From the NCBI GenBank assembly GCA_046497275.1, contig JAWOFX010000174.1, positions 9,466 through 41,465 of the forward strand: a stretch of 32,000 bases of DNA. The letters are read 5' to 3'. This document shows positions 9,285 to 15,703 of the stretch, one piece after another. The first letter of the stretch is position 1. Each line of letters opens with the position of its first letter. Origin of the DNA: Promethearchaeia archaeon. GTDB taxonomy: Archaea; Asgardarchaeota; Lokiarchaeia; Sigyniarchaeales; SOKP01. The position numbers and the translations under genes are program-made. Below the pieces are notes generated by a model that ran no database searches, had not been told where the DNA came from, and was given only the letters and a program-made list of their open reading frames with translations.

Positions 9285-9578
9285 TCAATCTAAAAACATT
9301 TCTTCTGCTTTTTTTTTCCTTAAACCTGTCTGGGAAAATAATTCCTTGAAATAATAATTGCCATCTTGGATTACGACGGGTGTGTTCACAATACATTCAT
9401 CCTCATCGCAGAAGGTCTTCAAAAAATTTTTGTCTTGAAGAAGTTGGTTCACAAATTTCTCTTCATTAATGTCTTCTTCTACATACTTCACATCATTTTC
9501 TTTAAGCCATTCTTTTAACTCTGCGCATCTATGGCAATCTTCTTTTGTTATTATTATAGGAAGCTTCATCTCAGTCAT
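9285..9578 (-). CDS. Glutaredoxin/NrdH-like protein
   Basis: CHRC active site, KEWLKENDVKYVEEDI, cis-Pro motif NTPVV. GAGGT SD-like sequence upstream. Confidence 0.8.
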   Translation of the reverse strand: MTEMKLPIIITKEDCHRCAELKEWLKENDVKYVEEDINEEKFVNQLLQDKNFLKTFCDEDECIVNTPVVIQDGNYYFKELFSQTGLRKKKAEEMFLD

Positions 9579-9806
9579 ATATAGGGACCTCTTTGATTTA
9601 TTTAAATTCTTTTTTCTGTTATATTTCTGAAATAGTAATGGAATAAAAAAAGTTCAGATTTTAAATTATAAAAAACTAAAGTGTCTTATCAAAAAATAAG
9701 AAATTTGGGGATGTCTGCTTGATTCGAATTAAGTTCTTTTGGTATCTTTCTTTTTTTAAAATAATATAATTCTATCAATTATGAATTAAAACTCTCGGGT
9801 GATCAA

Positions 9807-10277
9807 ATGATTAAATTAAAAAAATCTAAAATAATCAAAAGGGTAAAAACGGCTCAGTTTATAGGAAAGCAACTTTCGAGACTTAAATTAGGACAGTCGT
9901 ATTATAGTATTGCTGTATCTACCGTAAGCGCAATATCATTAATTTCTTTGGCATTCCGCATTGAATTTTGGATGATTGCTATTGCTTTTCCGATATTATT
10001 ATGCTTTGCCTATATTATCGGATATTTTCTTGATATTTATAATATTAATACGATGGATACATTGAAATCAAATGAAATAGCTCAACGATTTTTGACGACA
10101 AGTGATTTAAAAAACCAAGAATTTCAACTGCTTCAAACTGAGATATTGCTCGAAGCTGTAAAGGCCATAAATGACGGAAAGCAATTAGAACCAAGAAAAT
10201 TATTAGAGAAATATGAAGACTATTATGAGAAATGGAAATCCCCTGAACCTTTGATTGATAAACAAAAATTAAAATGA
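9807..10277 (+). CDS. Hypothetical membrane protein (about 2 TM helices)
   Basis: Hydrophobic stretch at aa ~31-75 and GGTGA SD upstream of the ATG; no recognised family. Confidence 0.6.
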   Translation: MIKLKKSKIIKRVKTAQFIGKQLSRLKLGQSYYSIAVSTVSAISLISLAFRIEFWMIAIAFPILLCFAYIIGYFLDIYNINTMDTLKSNEIAQRFLTTSDLKNQEFQLLQTEILLEAVKAINDGKQLEPRKLLEKYEDYYEKWKSPEPLIDKQKLK

Positions 10278-10294
10278 TGACTGTGTTAGATAAT

Positions 10295-11362
10295 TTAAAT
10301 GATTTTTCTTACAATCCATCCTAATGCTTTCATCATTTTTTCATGATTATTGGATAAGTTTACAGGAAAATATTCGATGGAGATATTGCATTTTTTAGTT
10401 TTTTCGAGATCAAATAATTTATCTAATTCTTCTTCAGAAACCTCTTCATGGTCGTTTTTTTTGTTCCCAATGATGAGTATTGGGGTTCTATTATCCAACT
10501 TAATATTGCATAATCGATTAGTAATAAATTTAAATTTCCCCCTTGCATCAAGAAAAGATTGTTTATGTGATGCATTAAAGATTAATATAAAACCTTGAGC
10601 CTTATTTATACATCTATTTTTTTTGTTGCATTGTTCACAGTTAAATTGTTTATCAATGCAATCTTCCATTACGATTTCCATGTTATCAATTACCACATTA
10701 AAAATTTTTGTTGGAAGATCGAGGTTATCTTGTTTTTGAATTTGAATTGATTTAAGATTATTGATAAATGCACTTTTACCAGCATTTTCAGCACCAAAAA
10801 TAAAAATCTTCTTAGTTTCTTCAATATTTTCCGTTTTAAAGGAAGCTTCTTTTGTACTTAATCTGCTAAAATAAGAATCATACAGATCAAAAAATTCCTT
10901 TTGAAACTCATTGCTTTCTAATGATATCTTATTTTGTAATGGGTATTTATTATTATTTTTATTTAAAACATCCGAAAAATCTCTTAATTCCTTCAATTTA
11001 ACAGCATATTCTTCTAAAATAGGAGTTTTTGTCTCTAAATATTTAAACACATCTGTTATTTCATTTTTAAAATATTCTGCTCTAATCATATAGGTAATCA
11101 TCAGCAATAATCTTCCCCCTCGCGCATTTTCATTTTCTATATAGAAAATATGGTTGACAGTTTGATAATTTCTAAAAGCAAAAATAAAAGTACCTTCTTC
11201 ATCAGTGATATCTAAAATCCTTCCTAAATCGGGATGATCAAATTCTTTTGATAATTCCTCATTACAATAAAATATAGTTGGTCCTATGATTGTATCAAAA
11301 TATGAAATGCAGAGAAATTCCTCTTGTGCCATAATTATTATATAATTGGAAGGATAAAGCAA
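10295..11362 (-). CDS. Fusion of an N-terminal uDENN/longin-like (folliculin/SMCR8-like) domain and a degenerate small GTPase domain; probable start is ATG at 11332
   Basis: N-terminus: LCISYFDTIIGPTIFYC and HIFYIENENARGG. C-terminus: G1 GAENAGKS, G2 PT, AQGFILIFNAS..SF, PILIIGNKKND; no DxxG. Confidence 0.75.
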   Translation of the reverse strand: MLYPSNYIIIMAQEEFLCISYFDTIIGPTIFYCNEELSKEFDHPDLGRILDITDEEGTFIFAFRNYQTVNHIFYIENENARGGRLLLMITYMIRAEYFKNEITDVFKYLETKTPILEEYAVKLKELRDFSDVLNKNNNKYPLQNKISLESNEFQKEFFDLYDSYFSRLSTKEASFKTENIEETKKIFIFGAENAGKSAFINNLKSIQIQKQDNLDLPTKIFNVVIDNMEIVMEDCIDKQFNCEQCNKKNRCINKAQGFILIFNASHKQSFLDARGKFKFITNRLCNIKLDNRTPILIIGNKKNDHEEVSEEELDKLFDLEKTKKCNISIEYFPVNLSNNHEKMMKALGWIVRKII

Positions 11363-11470
11363 ATAATCTTCATTTTATATTTTAAAAGATTTTATTGACT
11401 TGGTTATTCATTTAAAATAATAATAAATTGCGGTATGAATATTTTATAAAGATTAAAATAATAAAATTGG

Positions 11471-11494
11471 GAAATCTTTTGATATCAAGATTTC
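11471..11494. promoter_or_regulatory. Near-perfect palindrome upstream of the glutaredoxin-FTR genes
   Basis: GAAATCTT-TT-GATATCAAGATTTC: 11-bp arms (GAAATCTTGAT / ATCAAGATTTC) interrupted by a 2-nt TT insertion. Confidence 0.4.
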
Positions 11495-11536
11495 TATATT
11501 TCATTAAAAAAATGATTTAATCGGTGAATAAAAAAT

Positions 11537-11854
11537 ATGGAGAAAATGGAAATTCCCGAGTATATTGAAAAAATAGCTAATAAAGTAGAAGGGAAAAATG
11601 ATTCGAAAGATATGATGGCTTTTACACTCTCTACATGTCAATGGTGTAAAAAATTTAAAAGATATATGAAGGATCGAGATGTTTCCTTTAAATATGTAGA
11701 TGTGGACCAAATAGATCCAAGTGAAAAAGCACAAATATTAACTTTCTTACGTAATAATTTTGATGAACGAGTTTCCTACCCATACTTAATTTGTGATGGA
11801 AATGTGGTGGTGGGATATAATCCGAATAAATATGATGAATTATTAAAGGACTAA
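11537..11854 (+). CDS. Glutaredoxin-like protein (probable FTR partner)
   Basis: LSTCQWCKK active site, VSYPYLIC (cis-Pro), VVVGYNP. GGTGA SD upstream. Confidence 0.85.
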   Translation: MEKMEIPEYIEKIANKVEGKNDSKDMMAFTLSTCQWCKKFKRYMKDRDVSFKYVDVDQIDPSEKAQILTFLRNNFDERVSYPYLICDGNVVVGYNPNKYDELLKD

Positions 11855-11866
11855 TGGTGGTTTAAT

Positions 11867-12247
11867 TTGAGTTTTAATTTAGAGAGTAAGGAAGGAATGA
11901 GAGAATATTGTGATAAGATTTGTGAAATGAATGATTGGATTTTACAAAAAGATAAAGAAACTTTAGATGATTTAATTGATGGACTAGTTGAAAATAAGAA
12001 AAAATATGGATACCAATCGTGCCCTTGCCGTTTTGCATGTGGGAAAAGAGAGTTAGACAGAGATTTAATTTGTCCCTGTGTTTATGCTAAACCAGATATA
12101 GAAGAATATGGGACATGTTACTGTAATCTCTATCTTAGTCCGGATTTTTACGAAACTCATGAAGAGGATTTCCTACAGATTCCAGAGCGTCGACCTGTAG
12201 AAAAGGAAAATGCTGTTTTAGAATACATGAATGAACAAATCCAATGA
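11867..12247 (+). CDS. ftrC: Ferredoxin:thioredoxin reductase catalytic subunit-like protein (TTG start)
   Basis: CPCR, ICPC and GTCYCNLY motifs in FTR-catalytic spacing; IPERR near the C-terminus; GGTGG SD upstream. Confidence 0.88.
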   Translation: MSFNLESKEGMREYCDKICEMNDWILQKDKETLDDLIDGLVENKKKYGYQSCPCRFACGKRELDRDLICPCVYAKPDIEEYGTCYCNLYLSPDFYETHEEDFLQIPERRPVEKENAVLEYMNEQIQ

Positions 12248-12281
12248 TTTTTAATTTTAAAATTTTTTCTTACTTTTTTTA
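12248..12281 (+). terminator. Candidate archaeal oligo-T terminator
   Basis: Several T5-T7 runs immediately after the FTR stop codon. Confidence 0.35.
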
Positions 12282-12388
12282 GATTATAAAAAAGAATCTC
12301 TTAATTTTAAAAATAATTAAGCTCTTTGTTCAAAAATCAATAATTTATAAAAATAATTTATATATATTATAGATCCTCACTAGTTAAT

Positions 12389-12547
12389 ATGTCAAGAGAA
12401 GATTTAACGGACGAAGAAATAGAGGAAATGCTTGAGAAAGATTTAAAAGCAAATGAAGCGAAACGTGATAACTGTGGAGTTGCAATCCCCCCTAATCGAG
12501 AAATTGGAATTCAAAGAGATCAAGTAAAACTCAAGAAAAAAGATTAA
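12389..12547 (+). CDS. Small 52-aa protein (below the ORF-track cutoff)
   Basis: ATG 12389 to TAA 12547: MSREDLTDEEIEEMLEKDLKANEAKRDNCGVAIPPNREIGIQRDQVKLKKKD. Purine-rich coding-like composition, TATA-like TTTATATA about 25-30 nt upstream, T-rich tract downstream. Confidence 0.65.
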   Translation: MSREDLTDEEIEEMLEKDLKANEAKRDNCGVAIPPNREIGIQRDQVKLKKKD

Positions 12548-12712
12548 GATAAACTTAGATTTTTCTATTTTTTTCCTTTATTCTATTTTTAATTATGCTT
12601 ATTTAGAATTGATTAAATAAAATAACTCAAAAAACAATATTATAAATTCTAAAAGATATTTTTATTAAGGAATCCCATTTCATTATATTACATTAGTTAG
12701 AGGTATATCTCC

Positions 12713-13696
12713 ATGGATGAGAGAATTGAAGGAAGAAAAAATTATCCCACTAAGGAAGTGGATCCAAAAAATTTCATTGATGATGATGAAATCCGTGAAA
12801 TGGTAAAACAATTAGATTCAATAGAATTTTCTGAAGATGATTATTATAAAGTTTATAACTGTGTAGATTGTGGAGAGTGTGATACCGAGGAGGATCGTAT
12901 CCGATTAAAGCAGAAATATGTTGAGCAAGGACATATCATTGAAGATTTAAAGAATATGAGACAATGCTTTGAAAAATATAGAACCCCGTATCCTATGAAT
13001 GAAATGCGAATGAAAATCCCGGAAGGGATCCCTGAAGAATCTGATACACTTTTTTTCATGGGATGTCTTTCTACGATGAAAATCCCTCGATATACTCAAC
13101 ATGCGCTTGAATATTTATTACATCGAGATATTGATTTTACAATATTAGATGAGGAAATCTGTTGCGGATGGCCATGGTATGTTTCTGGTTCAAATGAAGA
13201 ACTTGAAGTATGTATGAAAGAGAATATTGAAATTTTTAAAAATTATCAAAAAATAATTTGCCTATGTCCCGCGTGCTATTATTTATTCCAGAACAACTAT
13301 TGCAAGGAAATGGATAAAGATGTCAAAATTAGCTATATCGTTGATTATTTGAGACCTGCTAAAGAAAAAAAATCTGGAAATGTAGCGTTCCAACATCTAT
13401 GCCAGCTCAAGTTCAGAGGGGAAGACAATATAGATAAATTTGTGGAAAATATTTTTAGGAAGAGTGGATATAATATTATCGATATTCCCCATTGGTGCTG
13501 TGGACATGGGATTGGCAGAATGCATAGACTGGATGTAATTGATGCTATAGGAGAAAAGCGTATTAAGGATTTTGACCAGAAAGATATTGATTTCGTTTCC
13601 ACGTACTGTGTTTCCTGCTGGTGGTGGCTGTATCGTTTCTCTAAAAAATTCAGAATACATCCTCAAGCTAGGGATATTTTTGAATTACTTATGTAG
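12713..13696 (+). CDS. CCG-domain Fe-S oxidoreductase (HdrB/HdrD/GlpC-like), paralogue 1
   Basis: FFMGC...EICCGWP...CLCPACY and QHLC...HWCCGHG...TYCVSC form two CCG domains; single CxxCxxC at aa 50-56; GAGGT SD. Confidence 0.85.
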   Translation: MDERIEGRKNYPTKEVDPKNFIDDDEIREMVKQLDSIEFSEDDYYKVYNCVDCGECDTEEDRIRLKQKYVEQGHIIEDLKNMRQCFEKYRTPYPMNEMRMKIPEGIPEESDTLFFMGCLSTMKIPRYTQHALEYLLHRDIDFTILDEEICCGWPWYVSGSNEELEVCMKENIEIFKNYQKIICLCPACYYLFQNNYCKEMDKDVKISYIVDYLRPAKEKKSGNVAFQHLCQLKFRGEDNIDKFVENIFRKSGYNIIDIPHWCCGHGIGRMHRLDVIDAIGEKRIKDFDQKDIDFVSTYCVSCWWWLYRFSKKFRIHPQARDIFELLM

Positions 13697-13726
13697 ATTT
13701 ATATTTATTATTCAAAAGGTTATAAT

Positions 13727-14698
13727 ATGGGTAATAATGATAAAAAGGAAAGAAAATACCCTGCTCAAGAGGTAGAACCAGAAAGTTTTATCACTAATGA
13801 AGAAGTAGAAGAACTTCTTAGAACAAAACATGAGTACCGTTTTCAACAAGAGGATTATAAAAGATTATATAGCTGCATCCATTGCAGAGAATGCGGGACA
13901 TCTGACGAAAGAATCCTCCTCAAGCAAAAGTTTCTTAAAGATGGAAACAAAATTGAAGGATTAGAAGAGACCAAAAGAGTATTTCAAAAATATGGAAGTC
14001 CCTATAAAGATACAAAAAGACGAATCAAACTGCCAAAAAATATACCAAAAGAAAGTGACACTTTACTTTATTTTGGGTGTTTTGTTAATGTAAAAGTACC
14101 TAAATATGGAGAACATGCGGCACAGTATCTTTTAGATAAAGGGGTTGAATTCACAATTTTAGAAAAGGAGATTTGTTGTGGATATCCAGTACTTGTAACA
14201 GGTGATACAGAAACTTATGATTATCTCATCGAGAAAAATAGAAAAATATTTACTGACAAAGGGTTCAAAAAAATAATTACTATATGTCCAAGTTGCTATA
14301 TGACCTTCAATAAACACTATGCTGACTTAGATATAGAGATAGAATATTATACGAAATATTTAAAGCCCGCCGAAACGCAAAAATCTGGAAATGTAAGTAT
14401 TCAACATGCGTGTCCTTTAATATATGATTGTATGCCTGAAATGAAAGATAGGATTGAAGATCTTTTGAAAGAATCTGGTTATAATGTTATGGATATTCCT
14501 TTGTTCTGTTGTGGGGGTGGTGTTGGTCATCAGTTAAGAACAGATATAGCAGAAAAGATTGCTAAGCTTCGAGTGCAAGACTATAAAGGAAATTTTGTGA
14601 CTTATTATTGCCCTGATTGTTATTGGTTTATTAATGTATTTGGAAAGAGAGCTCGAATCAAACCGAAATTGAAGGATTTAGTGGAATTATTATCTTAA
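13727..14698 (+). CDS. CCG-domain Fe-S oxidoreductase (HdrB/HdrD/GlpC-like), paralogue 2
   Basis: YFGC...EICCGYP...TICPSCY and QHAC...FCCGGG...YYCPDC; single CxxCxxC at aa 50-56; collinear with paralogue 1. Confidence 0.85.
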   Translation: MGNNDKKERKYPAQEVEPESFITNEEVEELLRTKHEYRFQQEDYKRLYSCIHCRECGTSDERILLKQKFLKDGNKIEGLEETKRVFQKYGSPYKDTKRRIKLPKNIPKESDTLLYFGCFVNVKVPKYGEHAAQYLLDKGVEFTILEKEICCGYPVLVTGDTETYDYLIEKNRKIFTDKGFKKIITICPSCYMTFNKHYADLDIEIEYYTKYLKPAETQKSGNVSIQHACPLIYDCMPEMKDRIEDLLKESGYNVMDIPLFCCGGGVGHQLRTDIAEKIAKLRVQDYKGNFVTYYCPDCYWFINVFGKRARIKPKLKDLVELLS

Positions 14699-15688
14699 TA
14701 ATTGTTTGATCTCCGAGAATAATTTATTAAGATCTCTTGAAGATATCTGCCCAGGAGCCCATTTAATTTGACAATTAGTTGCATATATGAATGGAATATT
14801 TTTCGTATCTTTAATCAGTTGCTTAAGGTCTTTTAGAGTTTTTTCTTTTGGTTGGATTTGAATACTGACGGGGTCTATTCCTCCACAGAGAATTAAATTA
14901 TATTTTTTAGCTAATTGTATATTCTCAATTACATTAGGAATATTCAATCCTATAATTCCAGCATCTTTCATGGGACCTATAATATCATCATTCAATACAT
15001 GGCTAATCTTTTTTGCGCAAAAATGGATTAGTGTCGGTTTATTAAGTTCTGAAACGCAATATTTTATAAGTTTATTCATTGAATCTTGAATAATATCAAT
15101 ATAGGAGCGCTTCATTATTGTACATTCACTTGGAGCCAAAATAAATAGTGTATCAACAAACTCACTTATCATTTTAGCATAAAAGTTAATTATTGATTGA
15201 GAGAACTCTATTAGAGATTTTAAAAATTCAGGGTTATATATTACTAATTCTGAAGCAACTTGCAAATCGAGAATAAGTGAAACTAAAGTATAAGGTGCTG
15301 GAATATATCCTCCTTTATATCGAAAAATACCATCTGAAGATTCATACAAATTTTTAAGTACTTGATAAGTCGAGGATTGGGATATTCGTGCCAATGTGGG
15401 AGAACGGATTATTTCTTTTGGTTCAAATTGAGCCCAATCTTGACTTTTTGAGATATTAATTTTCTTTTTTTTTACATTAGAAACAATTTCGACATACTCA
15501 TCTAAGTCCATACGAGGAAAGGTGATATCAAAATTGTACGTTTTTTGAAATTCCTTTAATGCCTTAATTTGATTTAGAGGATTTTGTTCAATATCATGAG
15601 ATTCCATATATGCTTCGATAGCAAATAAAGAAAACCAGGGATCCCCTTTTTGAAGGGATTTATAAATATTTGTAATATAATTCACCAA
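14690..15688 (-). CDS. UroD/MtaA-CmuA family protein, probable methylcobamide:thiol (MT2-type) methyltransferase; start uncertain (TTG/GTG)
   Basis: GYIPAPYTLVSLI (GPFT-like), IHFCA (His222-x-Cys224), LCGGIDPV, YATNCQI (Cys306); co-oriented downstream of the MttB and corrinoid genes. Confidence 0.7.
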   Translation of the reverse strand: MVNYITNIYKSLQKGDPWFSLFAIEAYMESHDIEQNPLNQIKALKEFQKTYNFDITFPRMDLDEYVEIVSNVKKKKINISKSQDWAQFEPKEIIRSPTLARISQSSTYQVLKNLYESSDGIFRYKGGYIPAPYTLVSLILDLQVASELVIYNPEFLKSLIEFSQSIINFYAKMISEFVDTLFILAPSECTIMKRSYIDIIQDSMNKLIKYCVSELNKPTLIHFCAKKISHVLNDDIIGPMKDAGIIGLNIPNVIENIQLAKKYNLILCGGIDPVSIQIQPKEKTLKDLKQLIKDTKNIPFIYATNCQIKWAPGQISSRDLNKLFSEIKQLLR

Positions 15689-15703
15689 AAGTGTTTATGT
15701 TTT

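Noticed and set aside
11852-11869. Grx and FTR are in frame across a single TAA, suggesting a split fusion gene or a sequencing error
   Set aside because: The four-codon linker would read WWFN, and it contains a GGTGG SD correctly spaced before the TTG, which fits independent initiation. Reads could confirm.
9285-12247. Selenocysteine recoding in the redox genes (TGA-terminated Grx-like and FTR ORFs)
   Set aside because: All CxxC, CPC and CCG motifs in the window are encoded by Cys. The TGAs are at natural C-termini, readthrough gives only short low-complexity sequence, and I saw no SECIS-like hairpin.
14690-14698. 9-bp tail-to-tail overlap of the CCG paralogue 2 and MT2-like genes
   Set aside because: Short convergent overlaps are common in compact archaeal genomes.
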